From assembly GCA_946965045.2 (NCBI GenBank), contig OX337228.1:4278001-4342000 (forward strand): DNA of 64,000 bases, in the 5' to 3' direction. A model generated the notes under the pieces. The model had not been told where the DNA came from. It saw only the letters and a program-made list of their open reading frames with translations, and made no database searches. Shown here one piece after another: positions 20,315 to 31,431 of this stretch. Position 1 is the stretch's first letter, and each line of letters opens with the position of its first letter. Position numbers and translations under genes: made by a program. The stretch is from Epithemia pelagica. Taxonomy: Eukaryota; Protista; Bacillariophyta.

Positions 20315-22432
20315 TCACCGTCGATACCAGCTTGTCTTGAAGTTGAAGTAGAGTGACAGGATTCCTCGTTCAAAAGTGCTCTTGAAGCCATGTTTTCGCG
20401 ACTTGTTCCACTCCCTGTTGATAATCTTGAAAGCGACATCTTGGTACGGAGGGCCGGCTGAAAAGCGGATAATACAAAACTCATCTGAATCCGCTTTGAG
20501 GAGCTCAAAATGTGGCGTTTTAGATGGGTCAATCAAATCGGGGTAAAAAATATTGAACTTGTAACCTTGGACAGTCTTTGGAGGCGGGTTGTCTCGATCG
20601 TAATGGGTCTTGTTGTATTTGTTCCAGTCATAGCCTGTTTTGACGCGATTGAAATAGCGCGGTTTTCGTGGTCGGTACTTGTCGGCCCATGAGTAAGACT
20701 TGTTCGGACGCAATGACGGCGAGTCACCAGTCGCTTCCTTCAGTTCGTGCTCTTCAACGTCTCCGAAGCCATCCCCATCTTCGTCTTTGTCTTCCTCCGT
20801 CTCCTCCACGTTGGACCCATCTTGCTGGCTTTTACGATTTCGGTTGTCCTCACCTGCCGCAGGTTTGGGTTTCGGCATATTAGCCAGTTCCTTTCGTTTC
20901 TGTTCCAATCGTTCGAGTTGTCGAACTAGCATTTTGGAGTGAATTTCGGACAGGGTCTTTTTGGCCAGATGAACGTCAAGTTGTCCCAATACGGTCTGCC
21001 AGTATTCTCTGTCAAACGCAGCAGTGCTGCTATTGCCAAACTCGTCTTCCGAATGCTCCTTGCTGAGGCCATTGTTGCGGAGTTTTTCTTGGACCTCCAC
21101 TTTCATTTTCTCCAATTCTGCGGTGAATTGTCCGCGAGGAAAGATTTGACAAACATCCCGTACCATTGTTGCGTGAGAACCTTTGTCACCACCAGACTGA
21201 AGGAACTTGAGTTCATCCAAGGCCACAGTTTTCAATGCAAGCCAATAGTTTAAAAGAACAGAAGAGCTGTTTTTGTCTTCCATGCTTATTTCTTGTCCCG
21301 CGGCTTCCCGTTCCAACACTAGAAAGGCATCTATATCAACCAAGACGTCTTCTAATTCATGCTTTTTCAGCATGTGCAAAAGTTTATACGGTTCTTCGAG
21401 TTCGACGTGGAGATTTTCCTCGAGTTCGTCCAAGGCATTGTACCGTTCCTTGTACTTGACTGCCGCTTGATTGTCCCGATCTACACCAAACAAGAGAATA
21501 TTTTGAGCTAATACGTCGATGGGTTTCTCCCGGCCTTGCACCAGTCGAATGGCGGATCGTTGTCGTTGTTGTTGCAAATGGAAAACTTCCTCTTTCCGCG
21601 CCCATTCATCAAAGTTCTCTAACTCCTTCATACGACTTTCTTCTCTTCGAATCCGTTCCATCTCTTCCAATTGCAATTCTCGTTGCTTACGACGTTCTCG
21701 CAACTTTTCAATTTCTTCCAAGGTTGCAGTGGTTGTCTCCTCGGGTTTTTTCTTCTTTCGCCGTCCATTTTCAGTGTCATTGCCAGTATCGAAGGATTGG
21801 TCTGCTGAAGCCTCCTCCTTCTTTTTCCAGGTAAAGGCTTGGTGCAGATTGGGATCGTGAAAAGGATTCTCTTCGGCAGTGTACCCAAATTTGGTGGCAA
21901 TGAAGGCTGCCCGTTTCTGCTCGGCCTTAATGGCACGTCGTTGTTTGCGTTCATCCAACGTTTCGCCTCTGGCCTCGAGCTTGGCCGCTAGTCTTTCGTT
22001 AATTTTCCGAGACGAAGACCGGTTCCGGTTCGAGTTTCTCCTACGATCGTCTTCAGAAGAGGAATAACTTTCGCTCGAACTTGCGCTTTCATCATCGTCG
22101 TCTCGATCTCGGCGTCGACGAGAACGAGATGAGTAGCGGCTGCTCTTTTTACTGCGTTTCCGATGCTCTTTCTTATGACGGCGTCCTCGTCGATCTTCAT
22201 CGTTGCGGTCTCGATCTCGTGAGCGTTTCCGGTCACGACGTCGGTCCTTTTCTTCGTCCTCATCGGAACTATCGTCCCATTTCTCGCTATCTCGACGGCG
22301 TCGATTCTTGTGCTTTGAATCTCTTCCGTCTTTCTCTTTCGCCTTCTTGGAAGTAGAGAGGGAACTATTATCGAACTTCCCACCGACCTCCTCGGGACTT
22401 TTACGGTCTTCTTCCAGGCGATCCTTGCCCAT
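20315..22432 (-). CDS. CACTIN: Cactin (spliceosome-associated)
   Basis: C-terminal KYRPRKPRYFNRVKTGYDWNKYNKTHYD...NPPPKTVQGYKFNIFYPDLID...AGPPYQDVAFKI; central coiled region; RS/RD-rich N-terminus; first ATG 22432. Confidence 0.97.
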   Translation of the reverse strand: MGKDRLEEDRKSPEEVGGKFDNSSLSTSKKAKEKDGRDSKHKNRRRRDSEKWDDSSDEDEEKDRRRDRKRSRDRDRNDEDRRGRRHKKEHRKRSKKSSRYSSRSRRRRDRDDDDESASSSESYSSSEDDRRRNSNRNRSSSRKINERLAAKLEARGETLDERKQRRAIKAEQKRAAFIATKFGYTAEENPFHDPNLHQAFTWKKKEEASADQSFDTGNDTENGRRKKKKPEETTTATLEEIEKLRERRKQRELQLEEMERIRREESRMKELENFDEWARKEEVFHLQQQRQRSAIRLVQGREKPIDVLAQNILLFGVDRDNQAAVKYKERYNALDELEENLHVELEEPYKLLHMLKKHELEDVLVDIDAFLVLEREAAGQEISMEDKNSSSVLLNYWLALKTVALDELKFLQSGGDKGSHATMVRDVCQIFPRGQFTAELEKMKVEVQEKLRNNGLSKEHSEDEFGNSSTAAFDREYWQTVLGQLDVHLAKKTLSEIHSKMLVRQLERLEQKRKELANMPKPKPAAGEDNRNRKSQQDGSNVEETEEDKDEDGDGFGDVEEHELKEATGDSPSLRPNKSYSWADKYRPRKPRYFNRVKTGYDWNKYNKTHYDRDNPPPKTVQGYKFNIFYPDLIDPSKTPHFELLKADSDEFCIIRFSAGPPYQDVAFKIINREWNKSRKHGFKSTFERGILSLYFNFKTSWYRR

Positions 22433-22633
22433 CGTCGAGATCACGACTTGCTCGTCGATTCTTCTTGTGCGCCCCGGGAAAATATCGGTCGCGGATATTC
22501 ACCCCCCGACCCATCCACCCCCCCACCCCCGAGGAAAAAAGCGCGAGAGAATGCGAGAGAGTTTCTCTCGCGTTCATGCGTCACATGACGACCATGTGTA
22601 CCGACATTGTCCAAAAATCATCTGACCTTTGCA

Positions 22634-25421
22634 ATGGCGGCGCAAGAACAAAGCCAGCATGTATGCGCATCATACCGAGACGTCCTTCATCATTTGGAAC
22701 ATGTCTTTTTACCATTGGTGCGAGAATGCGTTCAACAAGTCGAGAATGCGTCGATTACTGGTGTTGTCAACTATGTCACGCCCATGAAACACAAGGCTGT
22801 GGGCGAAGCTAAATCACTTCCACTAGGAACAACACTCATGACTACGGAACCATCGCAGTCCCAAGAGAATGAAGAATCCAGTGTTGACGGTGCTCTGCGA
22901 GAAATGTTTGGCACCGTCCTCAAAGGCTTGGATTCGAGAAGAAAACAGGCATTGGACAATTCCAGTCCAGATCCTCATTGGAATGCAACCACGATCCCAC
23001 AATATTTGGAAGTCATAAATCAGTGTATGACGGCTATCACTTCACCCATGTCAGGTTCTCGCAAAATGGTAATCACATCTATTTCGAGCTTGAACTTTAG
23101 AATCATCCTCTGCTTAAATCTCTCACTATTCGCATCTGGCCATATTATTTGTTCATTATTACCAGAAACTCCGTTCGTTGCGGGTATTGTTGGTATTCTC
23201 CAACCACATCCTTCACGCATCAGATCGCAGATCTCTTCTACAGTCATCCAATGTTCGTTTTGAACTGGCCGAAGTGGTATGCACGGTCTTACGACATTTG
23301 GAAAGAATTCCTTTTGATCGCAAGACCACTAAAGCAGAGAAAAATGAATACACGGAATGCTTTTGCGCCGCACTGGCGTACCTATCGAAAATGTTGTTTC
23401 TAGCACAGCTTCCAAAGCCACCAGTATCACTCCTACATTCGCAGCAGACACAAGATGAGACCATAGCCAATCGGTCCATGACTGAGCTTTACAATTTGTT
23501 TGAGGATTATCGTCTGGTCGAGTCTATTATTTTGCAACAGATTCCCTTGGAACGGTGTTGGCATGTCACCACCGAAGAGTCGGCCAGTATTTTGAAATTC
23601 CTTATCTTCTTGGCCACCAGTGGAGAGACCAATCTTGTAACTTTTCTGGAGTATATTGATATTCCTCCCTTGTTGAACGGTATGCTTCGATCTGCACTTC
23701 CTCACCATCAAGGATCGCTTCGCGGATATCGACCTCTCCATAATGCCGGACTCCTCTTGGAACCAGATCCCACACATGAAAACTGTATCAAAGTTTTCCA
23801 ATTTCTTACGAGCTGGCTCAAAGCAAGTACAGATGCCGTTTCTACATCCTCCAACGGTCACAGGTTAAAACCCTGTTTTGACAAGGCGCTTTATTGTCTC
23901 GATTCCAACCGCCTTGTCGTTCGTCAATGTCTACAACAAGTTATTGATGCCGTCCTAGACGACAGTAACCACCACCAGCATCACCACCGCACCATGGATC
24001 GTCTGAGTAGCGGTCATGCCCGGGGTTTGACCATTCAAGCCCTGAGAGAAGCCAGTGCTATTCTTTCCCTGGTCACAGAAGTGTGTTCCAACCCTCGTAG
24101 CCTCGAAATGTTTCGGCAAAAGTACGGTTCTTTGTATGCCCATCTAGCATCGGACGCCCGCCGAGTCGTTCTGAGTCTCTGCTCCTTCTTGGGTGCGTCC
24201 GGCATTTCGCGAGAACTCTTTCAAGCCATGGCCGATTTGGAAAAGAGCAATGGCGGCTCTCTCTCTGTAGCGACCACTACATCGACGACGACAAGACTTG
24301 GCTTTAGTCCAGTCATTGACGTGTTTATGAGCAGCGGTCGCAGCAATACGAGACATGAAGCCATACAATTTTCCCATTTTGTTTCTGGATGTTCAGCGGC
24401 CGTTAGCGCCGACGAGATCAAAAATAAGAGCAAATTCCTGTCCATGTGGAAACCTACTGGATCAGGCAACGAAGAAGGCAGTGGTTTACTTCAATCCACT
24501 GGAGAATTGACAGAATCCTCCTTGGAACAAAATTCCCGACATGCATTGACCAACAGGTTCGCGTTTGAGCTGGAAAAGGAAGCAGGGAAATGTCTATTTC
24601 ATGCATGCAATGCTTTGTGGGTGACCCACCCGTCACGTTCGAGTTTTGTTGAGTTCACAGGTGACGAAATCGCCACCCTTAAAGAGGATATTTCTTGGAT
24701 CAAGGTGCATGACATTATTGCCTTTCGACAAGACGATACGAGAGATGGACTGAGGCTGCTGGGCGAAGTCCAATATGTTGACACGATAAATCTACAATTT
24801 CATGTGCGACCTTTGTACGACAAAGAAAACACTCGTAACACGATTATTGTCTCGTTGAGTCGATTGTCGGGGGTGGAAGATCGCAACAAGCGAATGGGTA
24901 CACTGGCGTTTCAACCTGCACCAGAGACGTCTTCTGAACTCCACAGTTCACAATCGGATTTGTCGATTGGACATTTGATTCTAGCGATGAGATGGTGCCA
25001 CGAGTATGCCTTTGAGGAACTGCAGCAACAAGGTGTTGAAGACACTTCAACCTGGTGTCACAAAAATGCGCAGATTTTGTCCTTGATTCTAGTCAAGGAG
25101 CTTTCTCTACATCGAGAAAGCAGTTCAGATCGGCCAGCCACCTCCCCAGAAGTGATGCGAATGTTACGGGCACAGCTTCTTGACTTATTTGGTGACCGAG
25201 ATGAGTATGCTACATTCTTGGCGGGATACCAGAATGCCACCATGCGCGAGAATGGACGACTCTGTGACTTGCTCGTGGGGCCGAATTGGACCGTTGTTCG
25301 AAAACATTTGGAAGAGGAGCTGCAGGAAGCCATTCGAGACATATTGTCTGTCCAAATGGAAGAAACACAAAAAGTACAACGTGTCCAATATCACTTTCCT
25401 CCGGCGAATGGGCTTTTGTAG
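22634..25421 (+). CDS. Hypothetical alpha-helical protein, 2 exons (22634-23068, 23166-25421; ~896 aa)
   Basis: Phase-0 GT-AG intron 23069-23165 joins the 218-aa and 747-aa ORFs in frame (SRKM|KLRSLRVLL). No family recognised with confidence. Confidence 0.75.
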
Positions 25422-25505
25422 GTTCATAGTTAGTTTTGTTCTGCTACCAACAGCAGAGAGCACAACATAGTTTTAGCTTTATGGAAGAGGTCATATGTTG
25501 CTGCG

Positions 25506-27137
25506 TCATTCGTTCTCGTCTTCTAGTTCGAAAAAGATCGAGGACAGAATCGAGTTGGAGAATAAGAATCCTTGTGGATCGACCAATCGTAGAATGGTCG
25601 AAGAAATGGAAGTTTCCTTGATGGCAAGACCAAGTTCCAATCCCAGCTGTGCACCACGGACAATTGCTGCCTCTTCGTCGTGTCCAAACTGTTGTTGGAC
25701 CCAAGTCAGATTCAAGCCTTCCACAGTACGAAGACGTTTCAAGACGACATTCAGGAGGCGATCTATACCTGTGTCCACGCTATTTGTCGAGTTTTGGTCA
25801 AAGCTATTTTGTTCCGTTTGTCCTTGAGCCCACTGCACGTAATCGAAGAAGGTAGACGGACGAGCAACGATATGACCACGGACAAAGGACGTGGCTCCTA
25901 GACCAACCGCATACCATTGTGTATGATAGCCCCAATATACTTGATTGTGTTTACTGCGAGAGGGACTTCTTGTGGGAATATTCCTCCCACGACAACGAGC
26001 GTATGAGCTCACTTCATAGTGCTCAAATCCCTTCGCATGCAAATAACCTGCCGTGTACTGATATTGAAAAGCGGTCTCGTCGTCGGAAGGAAGGGGAGGC
26101 GTCGTGGAGGGCGCTGTGCCTTTGGTCGCATGCCATGTTCCTGCTTTGGACGGATTCTTTTTGTCATTGAATTGGTCATTGTCGTTGCCCCCGTACCAGT
26201 TTCCAAAAACCGTTCCGGACTCAATTTGCAAATCATAGACGGAAAGATGATCGGGAGGAGGAGTTAAACCATTCATGGCAGTGTACAGCGTTTCAGACCA
26301 CATGGCCAAGGAGACACCCGGCAATCCCGAAATCAAATCAATGGAATAATTCAGGCGGTCTCCATAGACCAACTGCAGAAGTCGAATCGATTCCCAAATA
26401 TCACTGACGCTATGTTGTCGCCCCAATCGGTTTAGGACGGAATCGTCAAACGATTGAACGCCCAGCGAAATGCGATTCACCCCCAGATCGCGTAATGCTT
26501 GCAACTGTTCGAGATCAAACGTGCCAGGATCCATTTCCATGGTAATTTCAATCTCCTCTTCCGCTACAAACGGAGACATGGAGTCAACCAGAATCGCTTC
26601 AAGGATTGCTTGAATGGTCGAGACAGGCGCCAAACTTGGTGTGCCACCCCCAAAGTAGATGGACCGTAAAGAGATAGTAAAATTGTTGTTGGAATCTTTA
26701 TACTGTTCCTTCTCTTGTTGAAAAAGAGTTTGGAGTTCTTGTAACACGGCCAACGAATAGTTTCGATCCAAAGCATCGAATCCTTGGTTCCATTGAGATG
26801 AACTGTTTCGCTTTTGTCCGATTGGCACTATGTCAAAGTTGCAATATCTGCAGCGACGGCGACAGTAAGGGATGTGGATGTAAAATCCAATTGAATAATC
26901 ATCCTTTTCATGTGAATCATTGATGTTCTCATCCACGACGACACTCGACGAGTGATCCAACGGTGTACGGGAAGTATCCAAACGAGTTCGCAGTTCGAAC
27001 GAAATCTCCTTGTCACTAACAATCGGAGGCAAGCCGCACTTCAGACGCGGACCCTGTATGGAGACAAATCCTCCTGTGGAATGAAAAACATGGACAACCA
27101 GCCACCAAAGTATCCATGGTCGTTTGGATTGTTTCAT
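25506..27137 (-). CDS. hemW: Radical SAM heme chaperone HemW/RSAD1 (HemN-like), probably plastid-targeted
   Basis: YIHIPYCRRRCRYCNF (CxxxCxxC), SIYFGGGTPS, GVNRISLGVQSF, DLISGLPG, HYEVSSY, HNQVYW; ATG 27137 gives a signal peptide ending TGG|F. Confidence 0.92.
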   Translation of the reverse strand: MKQSKRPWILWWLVVHVFHSTGGFVSIQGPRLKCGLPPIVSDKEISFELRTRLDTSRTPLDHSSSVVVDENINDSHEKDDYSIGFYIHIPYCRRRCRYCNFDIVPIGQKRNSSSQWNQGFDALDRNYSLAVLQELQTLFQQEKEQYKDSNNNFTISLRSIYFGGGTPSLAPVSTIQAILEAILVDSMSPFVAEEEIEITMEMDPGTFDLEQLQALRDLGVNRISLGVQSFDDSVLNRLGRQHSVSDIWESIRLLQLVYGDRLNYSIDLISGLPGVSLAMWSETLYTAMNGLTPPPDHLSVYDLQIESGTVFGNWYGGNDNDQFNDKKNPSKAGTWHATKGTAPSTTPPLPSDDETAFQYQYTAGYLHAKGFEHYEVSSYARCRGRNIPTRSPSRSKHNQVYWGYHTQWYAVGLGATSFVRGHIVARPSTFFDYVQWAQGQTEQNSFDQNSTNSVDTGIDRLLNVVLKRLRTVEGLNLTWVQQQFGHDEEAAIVRGAQLGLELGLAIKETSISSTILRLVDPQGFLFSNSILSSIFFELEDENE

Positions 27138-27376
27138 GGCATCAGAATTTGCGAATGATTCGCGCTTCCGCTTCAGTCGCACGAGAGCGAGCATGCATGG
27201 GTACTGTATACGCAGGCACATGCACGAGCTGGCTTGGGTCTTCGTATTTGTGCTGGCCCCTGCCAACTTTTTTTGGCTTCCATCACTCTCGTCTCAACGA
27301 TGTGCTTTTCAATATTGTCAAGAGAAGGAAGAGATGAAACTGATGATTCTTATCTTTCCTGCATATAAAAGCGACA

Positions 27377-29422
27377 ATGAACCCTACCAGTACTTCCATA
27401 GATGATCAGATGCGTGATCCTGTGACAGGCGAGGACCGTGGCGATGAAGATGACGAGACGGAAGTTCGCGCGAATTTGACTGAGGAACAAACCCTGGAAC
27501 CATTGAATGAACGCGAGGGTGAAAACGTTCAAGAAGAAGAAGATCCCAAGGAAATCATGTCAAACATCCCTTCGTTAGTGGTGGCTTTTTGTGCCTCCTT
27601 AACGACTGGTGGAACCACATATTCCTTTGGTCTTTACGGTGCTACCTTACAAAAGACACTGCATTTGCAGGAATCCCAAGTCGATACAATTTCTACCGCC
27701 TTTTTCTTTGCTGGTCTCTTCTCCTTTCTACCTGGAATGTGTTCCGATCTCTTTGGGACGCGTATTGCCCTCGTATCAGGGGGGTGTTGCGGCTGTGTCA
27801 ATCTCCTTCTATATTGGGCTGTGGCGAGGGAATATATTGTGGTTCCCCATGCCTTCATTGTTCCCCTCTTGAGTGTGCTGGGCATTGCAACCTACCTCAG
27901 TAGTGCCCTAGTCACTGGAGCCGTTTTCAAAACTGTTACAGTGGCATGTCAAGGAGGATCCAACAAGGGAACAGCGGTGGGAATTGCCAAGGGCTATGTC
28001 GGCCTAGGCAGTGGCTTGTACGTGGCCATTTTCGAAGCATGGCGCTCGTATAATGAATCTAATCTCGACTTTCTTCCCATGGCTGCGTCATTTTGTATAC
28101 TGGCTGTGGTGGTGCCAGGTCTCTTGTTTCTACCCACCAAGGAACGTGTTTCGAGATCCACTTTTCGGGACGATTCAACCGCCGTTCATTATCGAATATT
28201 GTATGGATCTCTTGGTATCATGGCGTCCCTCATTGTCGGTAGTTCTATTGCTCAGTTATTCACGGAAACGAGAGAATTCGAATTCGAGGAAGCCTTGCAG
28301 GATGAGCCAGTCAGACCACCCAAAAATCATGTTGGTATGGCGATATTTCTGATAGCCATTTGGCTCTTGCCAATATATTCCTTTTTTATCTTGCCGCGAA
28401 AGGCGTACGAACAAATACCATCGCAATTACCCGATGCATCCACTGAGCTTGATGGCGAAGATGATGATAGAGATGAAACCGTGGCACTACCCTTGTCGAA
28501 CAGCGACGAAGAAATCTCCTTTTTGGAGAGTAGTGATCATGTCGAGCCTTTAAACACGAGTCAGGAAAACAGTGACGCAGAGGCGACACGTGACGACATA
28601 TTTCAAGATGAAGCAAATCTCATTGAAAATTCAGATGATGACGACGATGTCGTAGAAGACAAGAGTTTGTTGCAAATGCTACGCGCGCCCTCGGCGTTGC
28701 TCATGCTGTGGACCACGACGATTCTGGTTGGAGCAGGAACCCTGGAAAGCAACAACATGGACAAAATGGTGGAAGCCTTGGGATTCCGAAAGGAAGTGAC
28801 ACCAGCTAGCCTTGCTCTATTTTCTGTGGCACAAGCGGCTGCTCGTGTTTTTACGGGTGCCCTTTCCGAGAACGCCGCCCATTGGAGACGTGTTCATCTG
28901 TGCATGGGTGGTGATGTTGGTGGCATTCCAAGACCATTCTTTTTGGTCTTGGCCGCTGTTGTAGGCCTATGGGCGCATATCATACTGGGGGCCGCTCGGA
29001 CACAAAACGTCTTTGTCGTTGGTGCCGCCCTGTCGGGGGCTGCCTTTGGCATGGTATGGCCACTGATGGTTCTGATAATTGGAGAAGTCTTTGGTGCCAA
29101 GAACATTGGGGCGAACTACATGTTCTTTGATGGGTTCACCAGTGCGGCAGGGACATTTGTGTTGTCCAAAATTGTTGCACAAGATGTATATCAAGCACAT
29201 ATCCTGCCACCCAACCATCACGACGACAATGATGACAGTGATGATCACAACAGCAGCAACGACGATGAAAATGATGCAATGTGCTACGGCACTGCATGTT
29301 ATCGAACAACGCATTTGATTGTTGCTGGATTGACTGTCTCCTGCATTGCTACAAGCATTGCAATGCAGATCATGACTCGATCCATCTACCGAAGAAAACT
29401 GCGGTCGCACAATCAAGATTGA
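27377..29422 (+). CDS. MFS transporter, Nodulin-like / NFD4 / MCH1 family
   Basis: GGTTYSFGLYG, GTAVGIAKGYVGLG, FSVAQAAARVFTG, GEVFGAKNIGANY; ~12 TM segments with a long acidic central loop. Confidence 0.9.
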   Translation: MNPTSTSIDDQMRDPVTGEDRGDEDDETEVRANLTEEQTLEPLNEREGENVQEEEDPKEIMSNIPSLVVAFCASLTTGGTTYSFGLYGATLQKTLHLQESQVDTISTAFFFAGLFSFLPGMCSDLFGTRIALVSGGCCGCVNLLLYWAVAREYIVVPHAFIVPLLSVLGIATYLSSALVTGAVFKTVTVACQGGSNKGTAVGIAKGYVGLGSGLYVAIFEAWRSYNESNLDFLPMAASFCILAVVVPGLLFLPTKERVSRSTFRDDSTAVHYRILYGSLGIMASLIVGSSIAQLFTETREFEFEEALQDEPVRPPKNHVGMAIFLIAIWLLPIYSFFILPRKAYEQIPSQLPDASTELDGEDDDRDETVALPLSNSDEEISFLESSDHVEPLNTSQENSDAEATRDDIFQDEANLIENSDDDDDVVEDKSLLQMLRAPSALLMLWTTTILVGAGTLESNNMDKMVEALGFRKEVTPASLALFSVAQAAARVFTGALSENAAHWRRVHLCMGGDVGGIPRPFFLVLAAVVGLWAHIILGAARTQNVFVVGAALSGAAFGMVWPLMVLIIGEVFGAKNIGANYMFFDGFTSAAGTFVLSKIVAQDVYQAHILPPNHHDDNDDSDDHNSSNDDENDAMCYGTACYRTTHLIVAGLTVSCIATSIAMQIMTRSIYRRKLRSHNQD

Positions 29423-29637
29423 CCCTAGCATCCATATGAGATATGCAGAAAGCCTCGACAAGGAGTGGATTGACCACCCTAACTGATAGATGACTTGTGA
29501 CAATATATTATCTACATATATGATGGCTTTCACCCTGACAAAGGCCCATTACGTAGTACTTTGCCTGGTGGCTGCAGGAGTACTCTTTTAAAAATGAACA
29601 GAACGATTCTCCCATTGAGCAAAAAAGTCCCAGTCTT

Positions 29638-31167
29638 CTAATCCTTGGTAACCTTTTCGGCATTCTTTTCTTTTTGATATGCCTGTTCCGCCTCGGCTCG
29701 AGTAGGTACATAACTGCTCAGTGTCCATGCTGTCTTCATCCACCCACATCCCACAATTGCACTCAACAAGGAAAGTTGATGGAGTCCGAAATTGCCCATG
29801 ACAGAGGTCAATCCTGACAAAGCCAGGGACATTAAAGATTTGCCGAATCGATATCCAAAAACACCAATTACCTCTTTACCGACGTATCGCGATTCAAAGT
29901 CCAATGGGACAAATACCATTTCATCTAACATTCTTCGAGCTGAGTATTCGCTGACTTTCATCACAAGCAACGAGGCGCTCACAATAAAGAGCGAAGGATC
30001 CTTTTGGAATGCTTGGAACAACACAGTCGCCAATGTAAATAATGGAATGACTCTCCAAGCATCACTTGGCTCAACGTTCTTCATGACGACCGGCATGAGA
30101 ACAAATTGGAGGAGCATTGTGATTACATTGATCAAAGCAAAGAAGATACCAACCCACCCAGCACGTTTCGTGTCGTCGGGGATGGCGGATCCCAAGCGCG
30201 CTACAAAGCATACATTGAGAAGGGTGGACAGACCTTGGCTGGCCAAAATCTCCATGAACAAGGCCCAAAGCACCGGAACACGTTGGAACAAATGAGAGGC
30301 CTTGTGTATGAGGGCGAATATAGAACTCTTTTCGCTCTTGCCGTGCTTTTTGTGATCGACTGGAGTGAAACCGTATTGATCAGCGACTTGATACGCCTTT
30401 TTCGCCCATATCAGAGATAAGAGAAGCATGACCCCAGTTCCAATCAATGTTCCTTCCAATCCAATTTTGTCCACCAAGGGCGGAACCGCCAAGCCTGCCA
30501 CCACACTTGCAATACTGGTCAGCCCAGCAATGGGACCAAACCATCTACCAGACTGCGATGGCGTCAGGGCGGAAGCCATAAAAGACCAGTATTGTGACGT
30601 AAGAAGTTGCACGTAGGATTCTCGAAAAATAAATAGTGGACCTGAAATCAGCTTGGCAGCTCGAATTCCAAAGAGCAGTGTTTTGGTTCGACTGAAGACG
30701 GCAATGCCCATGGCTGCTGCTATCACTGTGACAGCGCAAAGAGTGGTGGACTGAAGCAACGCTCCCCCAGGACCGAAGGTGTCCAATAAATTTCCATACA
30801 ACATAAGAAGGAGGATCGAAAAGGGCGATACAAAGGCCATGGCCAATGGAAAGGCTGCCGCAAAGCCCGCGTACCCTGTAGTTTCCGAAGTGAAAAGGGC
30901 AACAGTCACCGGACGTGCGAGAGAATATCCCAAATAATGACACGCCATAGCAATGGCCATGAAGGTCACAGCCTTGCCCTCAGGTGTCACCGCCTTGCCT
31001 AAAAACAATTCTTGTGTCATCGTGTCAGTCACTCCCGATAAATCCGTCAGGGTAGGCGATGACAACTCGCTCTCTGCACCCACGAGAGCAGCTCCACCAC
31101 GACCAATCGTCCATGCATGATGCAAACTCGGTATTATCGTCAATGCACTTGCAGCTGATCGGTCCAT
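29638..31167 (-). CDS. Divergent nucleotide transporter (NTT/TLC ATP:ADP antiporter-like)
   Basis: SQYWSFMAS...QSGRWFGPI and YSARRMLDEMVFVPLDFESRYVGKEVIGVFGYRFGKS parallel the NTT motifs (FW.FAN...EAKRFY; KY.LFD..KEM.YIPLD....KGKAAID...GKS); 5' end uncertain. Confidence 0.72.
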   Translation of the reverse strand: MDRSAASALTIIPSLHHAWTIGRGGAALVGAESELSSPTLTDLSGVTDTMTQELFLGKAVTPEGKAVTFMAIAMACHYLGYSLARPVTVALFTSETTGYAGFAAAFPLAMAFVSPFSILLLMLYGNLLDTFGPGGALLQSTTLCAVTVIAAAMGIAVFSRTKTLLFGIRAAKLISGPLFIFRESYVQLLTSQYWSFMASALTPSQSGRWFGPIAGLTSIASVVAGLAVPPLVDKIGLEGTLIGTGVMLLLSLIWAKKAYQVADQYGFTPVDHKKHGKSEKSSIFALIHKASHLFQRVPVLWALFMEILASQGLSTLLNVCFVARLGSAIPDDTKRAGWVGIFFALINVITMLLQFVLMPVVMKNVEPSDAWRVIPLFTLATVLFQAFQKDPSLFIVSASLLVMKVSEYSARRMLDEMVFVPLDFESRYVGKEVIGVFGYRFGKSLMSLALSGLTSVMGNFGLHQLSLLSAIVGCGWMKTAWTLSSYVPTRAEAEQAYQKEKNAEKVTKD

Positions 31168-31431
31168 TTCTCGCCGTCTCTTGATTTTCTCCAAATGGTC
31201 GTGGTCTATTAGATGGACCCGACATCAAATTTGGATCCAACGGAGGATCGCGATTGGCCATCGGAATCGGACGGGCTTTGGTCGCGAAAAAAATTTTCGT
31301 ATTTCGAAATTAAAAAAGTTTAAAAAATGGTGGTGCTCTAAAATTTAAATATGCCCCAAGAGTTGGCGAGACACCTGCCGGCTGCCGCAAGTGAAAAAGA
31401 CAACCAGAATTTGTCTTGAGCCTGAGATCAA

